In this document: piece after piece, positions 27,865-36,842 of the stretch
How positions within the stretch are numbered: the stretch's first letter is position 1
Layout: every line of letters starts with the position of its first letter
From: Armatimonadota bacterium
Lineage (GTDB): Bacteria > Armatimonadota > Hebobacteria > CAIYQO01
DNA: 64,000 nt
Assembly: GCA_029553475.1 (NCBI GenBank)
Contig: JAKPKV010000166.1
Span: 3,520 to 67,519 of the forward strand
Direction: 5' to 3'
Translations under genes and position numbers: made by a program
The notes under the pieces: generated by a model
Told to the model about the DNA's origin: nothing
The model's database searches: none
What the model saw: the letters and a program-made list of their open reading frames with translations, nothing else

Positions 27865-30591
27865 ATGAACGCACACCTGTACCCCCGCGGCGCCGCGCTG
27901 TGGCGCGGCCTGGTCGCTGGCCTGTTGGCCGGCCTTGTGCTCCTCACCGGCGCGCCGGCGCGGCTGCGGGGCGCGGACGCGCCTGTCAGCGCCGTCATCC
28001 TGCGCCAGGTGGATCCCAACGGCCCCTTCACCGCGGCGACGGTCATTCGCGACAGCGATGACGCCGTCCTCGTGGAGGTGGCGTGGGCGAAACCGGTGGC
28101 CGCCGATGCCCGCTACACCGTCCGCTGGCTCGGACCGGACGGCACGAACTATTACGAGAGCGCCGAGACCGTGAAAGCCGGCGCCGATTTCTTCTCCGTC
28201 GGCCTGCGCGTGAACGGATATCCACTGAGCCGCCTGAAAGGCCGGCATACGGTGGCCATCCTGCGCGCCGGCGAGGCGCAGCCGCTGGCGCAGCCCGTCT
28301 TCACGCTGGAGCCCGCCGCCCGCGACCCGAAGAAGCCGCGCTTCACCGGGCTGCTCGCCGCCGGCCTCGATGACGAGCTGACGCCGATGGGCACGGCGAC
28401 CAGCTTCTTCAGCGATACCGGCACGCTCTGGGTCCGGTATGCGGCGGAGGCCATCCCGGAGCGCGGGCACGCGCTCACCGCGAAGGTCTACGACGCGGAG
28501 GGCGCGCTGGTGCTGAGCGGCACCCCGATCACCACCGACGGCACGTCCGACATCTTCGGCGCCGGCTTCTACCTGGCCGGGCGCGCCTGGGCGAAGGATG
28601 GCGGCAAATTCACGCTGCGCGTCTTTTGGGATGAGGATCCCGACGCCGTGGTGAGCCTGCCCTTCACCGTGACGACCGCCAACCGGTATGCCCTGCTCAT
28701 CGGCATCGCCGATTACCCGGGCGAGGACAACGACCTGCCCGGCTGCGACCTGGACGTCGCGGCGGTGCGGGACATGCTCGTGGGCGCCTACGGCGTTGAC
28801 GAGAAACACATCACCACGCTGCTGAATCTGGACGCCACGAAGAAGAATATCGTGAACGCGATTACCGCGCTGGCGGCGAAGGCGAAGAAGGACGACGCCG
28901 TCTATATCCACTACTCCGGTCACGGCGGGCAGGTGCCCGACCTGGACGGCGACGAGGAGGACGGCTGGGACGAGGCGCTGGTGCCCGCTGAGCCGGTGGC
29001 CGCCATGGCCACCACCGAGGCGGATATCGCCCGCTACCTGACGGATGACGAGATCGCGGCGCTGCTGCGACAGTTCGTGACGAACAACGTCACCGTCGTC
29101 TTCGATTCCTGCCATTCCGGCACGGCGGTGCGCGCCATCGGGCCGGATGCCCTCACCCCGCCGGCGGCGCTGCGCCGCACGCGGGCGCTGAACACCGAAT
29201 TCAGCCGCGAGCTGATTCGCCGGGCGGAGGATGCCCGCCAGGCGCCGCGCGGCGATTCTGATCCCGCCGGCCTGGACATCGGCAAGCGCTACGTGTTCCT
29301 GTCCGCCGCCCGGCCGTGGGAGCTGGCCTCCGGCGACGACGACGGCGGCTTCTTCACCATGGCGCTGGTCCGCGCGCTGACCTACGCCGACGGCCGGAGC
29401 TGGGAGCAGCTGATGACCGACGTGCGGAAGGAAGTGATGGCGATCAACTTCTCGCAGAACCCTGCGGCCGAAGGCGCGGCACGCCGCCTGCCCTTCTCGC
29501 TGGCGGAGGCGGCGGAGGACGCCCCGTTCGTGCGTCCCACGCTGGCGGTGGCCGGCGCGGCGGAAACGGGGCAGGAGCAGCCCACGCGGCTGGCCGCCGG
29601 CAGCGCCGGCAAGCACCTGGCGCTCATTGAAGGCCAGAGCACGGTTTACCTGGAGCAGATCGGCGCGCTGTACGACGTCTATCCCGCCGGCGCCACGCCG
29701 GCGGCGAAAGCCAAAGGCCGCGTGCGCATCACCGGCGACCGCCAGGTGGCGGCGATCCGCAACAAGAAAGGCGAGGTGGTCTTCGAGGAGCGCTACACGG
29801 CCGGCGAGCTCCTCGCCGGCACCGTGAGCCGCGGCGACCGGCTGGTGGCCGTGTCGGTGCCGGCGCCGGCGGCCAGCCCGAAGGTCGGCTTCTTCATCGG
29901 CAAGGACAGCCTGGACGTCGAGCGCAAGACCGCGCAGACGATCAGCGAGACGCTGCGGCGCGATCCGGCCATCCGCATCATGGACCGCGGCGCCTTCGCC
30001 GACATGGATTACGTCGTCGAGACGCGCCTGCGGAACACGGTGCTGACGGCCATCATCTGGTCGCCGGGCGGCTGGCTGATGGCGGACTTCACCGGCGCCG
30101 AGCGCGAGCTGGGCGAGAAGGTGAAGGCGTTCATCGCCGACCGGCATCAGCAGTACGCGCGCTTCATCCGGGTGAGCAACCCCGGCGCGGCCTACGCCCT
30201 GCGCGCCGACGTGGCGGGCGGCGACCTGCCCCGGAAACGCGGCGAGACGGTGACGATCACCGTCACCGGCGGCGCGCCGGGCTACCTGACGGCGCTGGCC
30301 GCGCCGGCCTTTGGCGCGCCGCGGCTCATCGGCGCCTCGGCGTCCGCCATCCCCGCGGGCCGGGCGCACACCTTCGCGGTGACGCTGCCGGATACGCCGG
30401 GGCGTGTGCCGGTGAAGATCATCAGCACCGCGCGCCCGCTGGACGGCGCGGCGATTGACAGGGCCGCACCGGCCGGGCGCACCGACGCTTTCCTCGCCGC
30501 CCTGCGCGGCGCGGTCGGCGCCGGGCTGGCGCCCAATCACCTGCCCACCGCCGACTGGGCGGATGCCATCGTCTGGATAGACGTCCGGTAA
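27865..30591 (+). CDS. exported peptidase C14 (caspase/metacaspase-like) domain protein with large flanking beta-rich domains, ~908 aa
   Basis: Caspase catalytic dyad YIHYSGHGG (His) and VVFDSCHSGT (Cys) in RYALLIGIADYPGEDNDLPGCDLD...; N-terminal hydrophobic segment LVAGLLAGLVLLTGAPA; start overlaps or abuts the stop of the CHAT gene (TAATGGAAATG). Confidence 0.85.
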   Translation: MNAHLYPRGAALWRGLVAGLLAGLVLLTGAPARLRGADAPVSAVILRQVDPNGPFTAATVIRDSDDAVLVEVAWAKPVAADARYTVRWLGPDGTNYYESAETVKAGADFFSVGLRVNGYPLSRLKGRHTVAILRAGEAQPLAQPVFTLEPAARDPKKPRFTGLLAAGLDDELTPMGTATSFFSDTGTLWVRYAAEAIPERGHALTAKVYDAEGALVLSGTPITTDGTSDIFGAGFYLAGRAWAKDGGKFTLRVFWDEDPDAVVSLPFTVTTANRYALLIGIADYPGEDNDLPGCDLDVAAVRDMLVGAYGVDEKHITTLLNLDATKKNIVNAITALAAKAKKDDAVYIHYSGHGGQVPDLDGDEEDGWDEALVPAEPVAAMATTEADIARYLTDDEIAALLRQFVTNNVTVVFDSCHSGTAVRAIGPDALTPPAALRRTRALNTEFSRELIRRAEDARQAPRGDSDPAGLDIGKRYVFLSAARPWELASGDDDGGFFTMALVRALTYADGRSWEQLMTDVRKEVMAINFSQNPAAEGAARRLPFSLAEAAEDAPFVRPTLAVAGAAETGQEQPTRLAAGSAGKHLALIEGQSTVYLEQIGALYDVYPAGATPAAKAKGRVRITGDRQVAAIRNKKGEVVFEERYTAGELLAGTVSRGDRLVAVSVPAPAASPKVGFFIGKDSLDVERKTAQTISETLRRDPAIRIMDRGAFADMDYVVETRLRNTVLTAIIWSPGGWLMADFTGAERELGEKVKAFIADRHQQYARFIRVSNPGAAYALRADVAGGDLPRKRGETVTITVTGGAPGYLTALAAPAFGAPRLIGASASAIPAGRAHTFAVTLPDTPGRVPVKIISTARPLDGAAIDRAAPAGRTDAFLAALRGAVGAGLAPNHLPTADWADAIVWIDVR

Positions 30592-30614
30592 GCGGGACGC
30601 GAAAGCGGGCGGGC

Positions 30615-30648
30615 GAGCGTCCCCCGGATGTGCATCCGGGGGACGCTC
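30615..30648 (+). terminator. strong GC-rich hairpin immediately downstream of the caspase gene (candidate intrinsic terminator, no U-tract)
   Basis: gagcgtcccccggatg tg catccgggggacgctc: 16-bp perfect stem. Confidence 0.5.
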
Positions 30649-30650
30649 CG

Positions 30651-30760
30651 CCCACCACTGGGGCCGCGGCGTTGTACTCCGCATGCATTTCTACACAGGT
30701 CTATCAGATAATCCATGTGCAGATGCGTGCGGAGTGCAACTCCGCGGCCCCGGTGGTGGC
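30651..30760. repeat. ~110-bp palindromic element: ~36-bp imperfect inverted repeat arms, ~38-nt AT-richer spacer
   Basis: cccaccactggggccgcggcgttgtactccgcatgc ... gcgtgcggagtgcaactccgcggccccggtggtggcg; the arm motif GTGCAACTCCGCGGCCCC also occurs at 3493-3510. Confidence 0.75.
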
Positions 30761-30847
30761 GTTGTTCGGGGGAGGTAGGGTGTAGAGGATGCAGAGAGCG
30801 GAGCGCGTGACCGCGAAAGCGGGGCGCGCAGGCCGGCGCGGCGGGCA

Positions 30848-32380
30848 TCAGTACGCGAAAAAATCCACGATCCGCCGGAGGAGTTCGCGCTGGAGCGACT
30901 CCACGGTCTGCGGCGCGGCGGCCGGCCCGGCGGCGGCGGTCACGCGCGCGCGCGATTCCCGCAGCTCGTGCTGGCGGGCGGCGAGGACGGCGCTGATATG
31001 CTCCGCGAGGCGCGGGGTGGCGTCCAGCGCCTGGCGCATGGCGTCCTTCCCCATCACCAGCAACTCGCTCTCGCCCTCGGCCACCACGGTGGCCGAGCGC
31101 GGTTCGCCGGTGAGGAGCGAAAACTCGCCGAAGAACTCGCCGGCCTGCAGCGTGTGCGAGAAGACTTCCCGCCCCTCATCATCGCTCGCCGTCACCCGCA
31201 CGTGGCCGCGCGCGATGACGTAAAAGGTCTGCCCCGCTTCCCCCTGGCGGCAGATCGTCTCGCCGCTGGCGAACAGCGCGGGGTGCAGGCGGTCCGCGAG
31301 CTGCTGCATCTGCTCGGGCGACAGGCTCTGCAGGAAGGGAATCGCGCGCAGCAGGGCGACCCGCGCGCCGGCGGCCGCGGCCGGCGCCGGCCGCCGCAGC
31401 GTCACCGCGGTGGCGGGACAGGCGAAGCAGATATTCGCCCGCCGGAAGTGATACCACAGCGCACGGTGCACGGCGGTGAGGATGGCGTCGCGCGCGCCGA
31501 AATCGGTGATCCAGAACCGCACCGCGTAGCGGATGCCCTGGCCGTCAAACGCGAGCAGCCGCGTCTCCGGCGCCGGCGCGGGGCTGATGCCGTCAAGGTC
31601 CCGCAGCGCCTCCAGCAGCACGCGCTCGACCTGCTCCGGCGGGTAGCCGCACTCCACCACCACCGCGACTTCGTCGGCATGCAGCCCACCCCGCGCGGCG
31701 AGGTTGACCACCTCCACCTTCGCCAGCAGGCTCAACGGCAGGATGACGCGGTCGCCGGCGGCGGTGCGGATGGTCAGCGAGCGCCAGTCCGATCCCTCCA
31801 CCTGTCCCTGGTGCTGCCCCACGCGCAGCCAGTCGCCCGGGCGGTAGAGGTTCGTCACCTGCAGGCTGAAGCCGGCGAAGAGGTTGGCCAGCGCTTCCTG
31901 CATGAGCAGGCCCAACCCCAGCAGCAGCACCGCCGCCCCAATGAGCACACCGGCGACGATCTTGATGTTGAAGAGGCTGACGAGCACCAGCAGCACGGCG
32001 AGCAGGTAGATCAGCCCGCGCACGAAGGCCTGCACCACCGGCGGCACGTCCATACGCCGCCGCACGGCATACACGTAGTCGAAGATGATCACCAGCAGCG
32101 TTTCCACCGCGATGATGACGAGCAGGGCGAGGATGCCGGTGCGCGGCAGCCAGGACAGCCAGACCTTGACCGAGAGCGCGGCCAGCGGCGCGTGTGCCAG
32201 CTTGGCGCCGATCCAGTTCAGCGTGCAGAGGAGGATGAGCAGGTAGACCCAGAAACGCACCCGCCGCGCGATGGGCTCGACAAACGAGCCGCGCCAGGGC
32301 AGGAATTTGTACAGCAACCAGTATAGCGTGCTGAGCCCGATGAAGATGAGGGCGGCCTGCAGGATAATCATCACGCGCAT
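30848..32380 (-). CDS. mechanosensitive ion channel (MscS family) with a C-terminal cyclic-nucleotide-binding domain
   Basis: Multiple N-terminal TM helices; MscS core ...AGFSLQVTNLYRPGDWLRVGQHQGQVEGSDWRSLTIRT; cNMP domain ...FGEFSLLTGEPRSATVVA. Confidence 0.85.
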   Translation of the reverse strand: MRVMIILQAALIFIGLSTLYWLLYKFLPWRGSFVEPIARRVRFWVYLLILLCTLNWIGAKLAHAPLAALSVKVWLSWLPRTGILALLVIIAVETLLVIIFDYVYAVRRRMDVPPVVQAFVRGLIYLLAVLLVLVSLFNIKIVAGVLIGAAVLLLGLGLLMQEALANLFAGFSLQVTNLYRPGDWLRVGQHQGQVEGSDWRSLTIRTAAGDRVILPLSLLAKVEVVNLAARGGLHADEVAVVVECGYPPEQVERVLLEALRDLDGISPAPAPETRLLAFDGQGIRYAVRFWITDFGARDAILTAVHRALWYHFRRANICFACPATAVTLRRPAPAAAAGARVALLRAIPFLQSLSPEQMQQLADRLHPALFASGETICRQGEAGQTFYVIARGHVRVTASDDEGREVFSHTLQAGEFFGEFSLLTGEPRSATVVAEGESELLVMGKDAMRQALDATPRLAEHISAVLAARQHELRESRARVTAAAGPAAAPQTVESLQRELLRRIVDFFAY

Positions 32381-32597
32381 GTGCTCCTCTCATACGGTAA
32401 CAGGGGAGCGGCATTTTGTCGAGTCGCGCGTCCCGACCAGGTCACCAAACCATCCCGTTCGTAGCCAGGCACGCAGCGGCGCGGCGTGCCGTGCGCAGGG
32501 GGACAGTCCCCAGTGTGTTCACTACGAACGGGGTTTGGTGTTACCACGTGCAAAGTCGTCCGCTGGCGCAGACCCCCGTGCGGCGCCAGGTATAGCG

Positions 32598-34322
32598 TCA
32601 CTCTTTCAACGTCACCGTTTCCTCCACGCGGTAGACGGCGCCGTCGCGGATGGCGAAGTAGTGGAGTTTGGTGGGGGTGTCGAAGAAGACGCGGCTGATG
32701 ATCCGGTGGTAGGTGGGGCCGAGGTGGCCGTTGACGACGGCGCTGTCGCGGCTGTAGCGGGTGGCGGTGTAGGCGACCAGCGGGGCGTCGGGGGCGAAGA
32801 CGGGGTGATTGAGGCTGCTGACGGTTGGGCCGCGCCGGCCATCCACCACCAGCGCGCGGCCATCCGGCATGTTGATCTGATAGGAATAGTGCCGACTGTC
32901 GGGGGTGAAGGTGATGAGTGACTCAATGGACGCGCTATGGCGCAGGGTCTCCCGGCCGTCCACGACGACCACCTGCTGACCGCGATCCTTCGCGAGGTAG
33001 ATGGCGCGCTTGCCGTTCGGGCTGAAGACGACGTAGGGATCAATCTCCGCGTAGCGGTTGCCGGCCTGCCCGTCCATCACCATCTGCTGGTATTTGCCCA
33101 CCTGCGCGAGGTAATAGACGCCGGGGCTGTGCGGGATGCCGCCCAGCATGTGGATTTTATCGTAGCGCCGGCTCTCCTGGCCATTCACCACCACCACGTA
33201 CTGTTTGCCGACGGGCGCGGCGAACGCCCAGGTGCCGCCGTGGTGCAGGACATGTTCTTTAACGGGGTAGCGCTCCTTCGGCGGCGGCGTTGTCAACGGC
33301 ATGGTGATGGCCACGGCCAGAAGCTCGCGAACGAACAATACGGTCGCCCCCTCATCCATCCCCGCCGCGATTGACGCGGGCGGCGGGGCGAATTCCCGCC
33401 GGTAGACGGCATCCTGGCGGGTGGTTTCGCGGCCGTCCACCACAAGCATTTTGCGGCCGCCGCGCCAGGCGGGGTAGGCGAGGTGGCGGCTGTCGCGGCT
33501 GAAGGCGAGATCTATGCTGCTGGAATAGGCGTAGGCGGGGATGATCTGGTCATACAGCGCTTTCGGCTGGCCGTCCACCACCACTTTCCAGCCCGCGCCC
33601 TGCTTGGCGACGTAGGCCAGGCGTTTTCCATCCGGGCTGAAGGCGATGGCGCCGATGCGGTCATACGGCGGCCCTTCCACGCCGTCCACCACCACGTGCT
33701 GCTTCCCTGCGCGCTTGATGACCCAGGCGAGACGATGCGTCGCCTCATGCACCAGGGCGAATGCCGGTGAGAAGGCTGGGCGGTCGGATGGCATGTAGCA
33801 CGAAGAGGTGGCGAAGTATGTACGAATGATCGGCGCGTTCGGATCGCATTCCCGCCAATCGCTGCCTTCCACGCTCCCCGTCGGGCGGTCACTGGCCACT
33901 TGCAGCGATTTAATGCCGTCATACGGGCCGTATTCCCGCGTGCCGTGGACAAGGTCGTATCGCGCGTCCTTCTTCGCCAGGTAGTAGGGCGTGTCATCCC
34001 GCGTGCAGTGAATCGGACTGATGACTTTGTCGAATACTTTGTCCGGGACGCCGTTGATGAAGACGGTCTGCGGCTCGCCGTCCTTGCGCGCGCTGGTATG
34101 GACAAGGAGCTTGCCGTTGGGACTCACCAGATACTGCGGGCCGCTGAACACCGACGCGAAGATGAAGTTCCGCGAACGAGGACTGACCGTCTCACCATTT
34201 TCGGTCTTGACCGGCGGCGGCGGGGGCACGAGCAGCGTCTCCGTCGTCGTGCGTTCCGCCACCGGCGGAACGGCCAGCGCGGCGCCGGCGAGGGCGAAGC
34301 AGAGGATGAGCATCCGTGACAT
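32598..34322 (-). CDS. exported beta-propeller repeat protein (PD40/TolB-like repeats)
   Basis: Signal peptide MSRMLILCFALAGAALA; recurring ...FSPDGKRLAY / VFSPNGKRAIY / TFTPDSRHYSY ... VVVDG... repeat units. Confidence 0.7.
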   Translation of the reverse strand: MSRMLILCFALAGAALAVPPVAERTTTETLLVPPPPPVKTENGETVSPRSRNFIFASVFSGPQYLVSPNGKLLVHTSARKDGEPQTVFINGVPDKVFDKVISPIHCTRDDTPYYLAKKDARYDLVHGTREYGPYDGIKSLQVASDRPTGSVEGSDWRECDPNAPIIRTYFATSSCYMPSDRPAFSPAFALVHEATHRLAWVIKRAGKQHVVVDGVEGPPYDRIGAIAFSPDGKRLAYVAKQGAGWKVVVDGQPKALYDQIIPAYAYSSSIDLAFSRDSRHLAYPAWRGGRKMLVVDGRETTRQDAVYRREFAPPPASIAAGMDEGATVLFVRELLAVAITMPLTTPPPKERYPVKEHVLHHGGTWAFAAPVGKQYVVVVNGQESRRYDKIHMLGGIPHSPGVYYLAQVGKYQQMVMDGQAGNRYAEIDPYVVFSPNGKRAIYLAKDRGQQVVVVDGRETLRHSASIESLITFTPDSRHYSYQINMPDGRALVVDGRRGPTVSSLNHPVFAPDAPLVAYTATRYSRDSAVVNGHLGPTYHRIISRVFFDTPTKLHYFAIRDGAVYRVEETVTLKE

Positions 34323-34400
34323 CGTTTCACTCCCGAACAGCAGTGTTCTCATCTCATACGCCATAGCGGGCGAGCGGTTGCCGGAGGCTCGCCCGTCCCG

Positions 34401-36413
34401 TTACCAGCGAGCGGCGTTGATGGCCTCCTGGGCGTCGGGGTATTTCCCGGCGGTGGTGAAGGAGCGGTAATATTCGTAGGCGGCGCCGGTCCAGCGGTAG
34501 AAGCGGAACTGGTAACGGGCGTCAGGGTCGGCGGGGGTGGCGTCGCCAGCGCGGCCGGCGGTGATGATCTCCAGGCCGGGGGCGGCGCGGTCGGCGTCGT
34601 CGAAGAGCCAGGCGCCTTTCGCCGCGTGGGCGAAGGGCAGGCGGCTGATGAGGCGCAGTTGCGCGGTGCCCGGCCAGGCAAAGAGGAACAGCGCTTCCTC
34701 GCCGGTGCGGGCGGCGAGCACGACGTAGAGCTCCAGCACGCCGTCGCCGTTCACGTCGCGGATGCCGAAACTGCCCAGCGGCGCGGGGATGTCCGGCGTG
34801 GCGCCGGCCAGCCCGGTCCAGCGGAAGGCGGTCTCGTTGGGGACGCGCTCGTCAAAGGTGAGGGTATCGAGCAGCTCGGCGGGGATGACGCCGTGCTCAT
34901 CCGGCGCGGGGAAGATGCGCAGCATCGGCGGCAGGTCGGTGCCGCCGTCCGCGACGGCCACCGCCACCGTTTCCGCCGTCCCGTCGCCGTTCAGGTCGGC
35001 CGTCCACGCGCCGACGCACTGATAGCCCTTCGAGAAGAGGCGGGGAAATCTCGTCTCCGGGCGGGCGATCATCTCCATGGGCACCGCCGGGCGCGGGGTG
35101 TCCGTCGCCGCCCCGACCGGGATGACCACGCGGAAACCGACGTTGGCATACATCTCGCCGGGCCGCATGGTATCCAGCCGGTAGGCGCAGCGGAACTTGT
35201 AGCCGTGCGTATCCATCGGGTCGAAGCAGGAGTTGCCGCGCACGGCGTACTCCTTCAGCGCCGCCGGCCCGCGCGGGTTGGCCCAGCGGCTGCTGCCGGG
35301 ATCATCGGGGACCAGCCAGTCGGCGCAGAGCTCCGCCATGTTGCCGGCCATGTCCAGTAGGCCGTACGGGCTGGCGCCCCCCGGAAAACTCCCCACCGGC
35401 TTGCGGGCATCAATGCCCGGCTTGCCCATGAAGGGCGCGTAGCGCGTCTCGTCGCGGCGATTGCCCCACGGATACTCGCGCCCGTCCGTGCCGCGCGCCG
35501 CTTTCTCCCATTCCGCCTCGGTGGGCAGGCGCCCGCCCGCCCAGGCGGCGAAGGCGGCGGCTTCTTCCGGCGTCATGCCGCTGACCGGGTAGTCGTCCTT
35601 CCAGCCCTCCACGATTTTGCCGTCGTCGCGCAGCACCTGCGGGGGCACCGGCATCGGCGTTTTCGTCGCCGCGCAGAACTTTGTATACTGCCCGGCGGTC
35701 ACCTCGTACTTTGAAATCCAGTAGCCGTCCAGGTGCACCATGCGCGCGTGATGCTCCAGCGGGTTGCCCGTCTCCTCGATCTGGAAGGCGGTGCTCTGCA
35801 GCGTCACCGCTTTATCCGCGCCGTCGCCGGTGGGGGTGAGCACCGTCGTCTCCAGCGGCACGGGGCGGGCGCGTTTCAGGCCGCTGCTGCCCATCTGGAA
35901 CGCGCCGGCGGGCACGAAGACCATGAGGCCGCCGTCGGGGCTGTTCAGGCGCAGCGTGGGCAGCGCGAAATCCGGTTTCGGCGGCCCGGCGCGGAGGAGG
36001 GTGCGCATGGTGGCGGCGTCGCGGCTGAGCTGCACGTTGAGCAGCCCGGCCAGCCCGCGCGCGATCACGTAGCCGACGGCGTCATATTTCAGCATCGGCT
36101 TGCCCAGGTCCACCGTCTTGATCACCGGCGCACTCTTCGGGCCGCTGCCGTCCGCCGTCGGCTGCCAGGCCGGATCGAGGATCTCCGCTTTCGCGCCCAT
36201 CATGGTGAAGCGGATCACCGTGCGCGGCACGGCGGGGAGGGTGAGGGTGAGGGTATTCGTCGGCGGGTCGAAGACCAGCTCGCCCCCCGCCCACTCCGCG
36301 GCGGCGCGCAACGGCACGTAGGTGGTATCTCCCACCAGCAGCGCGAAGGGCTCGTCGGCGAGGAGGGCGGCGGCGCAGGCCAGCGCGCAGACCAACATGG
36401 CGCGGCGAAACAT
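34401..36413 (-). CDS. exported multidomain FGE-sulfatase (SUMF1-like) domain protein
   Basis: ATG at 36411-36413 preceded by GGAAAGGA; signal peptide MFRRAMLVCALACAAALLA; central FGE domain ...GYWISKYEVTAGQYTKF...WEKAARG...RGNSCFD; the 360 codons upstream in the track ORF are not coding. Confidence 0.8.
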   Translation of the reverse strand: MFRRAMLVCALACAAALLADEPFALLVGDTTYVPLRAAAEWAGGELVFDPPTNTLTLTLPAVPRTVIRFTMMGAKAEILDPAWQPTADGSGPKSAPVIKTVDLGKPMLKYDAVGYVIARGLAGLLNVQLSRDAATMRTLLRAGPPKPDFALPTLRLNSPDGGLMVFVPAGAFQMGSSGLKRARPVPLETTVLTPTGDGADKAVTLQSTAFQIEETGNPLEHHARMVHLDGYWISKYEVTAGQYTKFCAATKTPMPVPPQVLRDDGKIVEGWKDDYPVSGMTPEEAAAFAAWAGGRLPTEAEWEKAARGTDGREYPWGNRRDETRYAPFMGKPGIDARKPVGSFPGGASPYGLLDMAGNMAELCADWLVPDDPGSSRWANPRGPAALKEYAVRGNSCFDPMDTHGYKFRCAYRLDTMRPGEMYANVGFRVVIPVGAATDTPRPAVPMEMIARPETRFPRLFSKGYQCVGAWTADLNGDGTAETVAVAVADGGTDLPPMLRIFPAPDEHGVIPAELLDTLTFDERVPNETAFRWTGLAGATPDIPAPLGSFGIRDVNGDGVLELYVVLAARTGEEALFLFAWPGTAQLRLISRLPFAHAAKGAWLFDDADRAAPGLEIITAGRAGDATPADPDARYQFRFYRWTGAAYEYYRSFTTAGKYPDAQEAINAARW

Positions 36414-36842
36414 GGCGGCGATCCTTTCCACGGCGTCCGGGGAGCGGCGTCCACGACAGTACCCGAGTCTGCCTCCATTATATCGGGAAGCCGGGTCTAT
36501 ATCCATAGACACCGGCCGCGGCGGAGAGTTTTGCCGCGGCCCGGCGCGGGCGCCCGGCGAGAATGTCGGCGCATGAGCCCATCCTCGTCCAGCCTCGCTG
36601 GATGGCGCCCGGGAAAATCCGCACATCTTCGCGCCGCTGTCACGCTTTTGCCGCATGGCGCGCCTGCCGGGGAAAAGTGACGGCGAACCGGCACGTCGCG
36701 CGCTCACCCGGTGTGCGAGACTGGGCTGGAACATCGGGCATCCCTCGCGCCCCGTGTCATGTACCCGTACCGCAGCGGTGGCATGGCCAGCGGGTGAGCC
36801 GGTGGATTCGACGATACCCTTGGGGAAAAGGAGGATCTCCCG

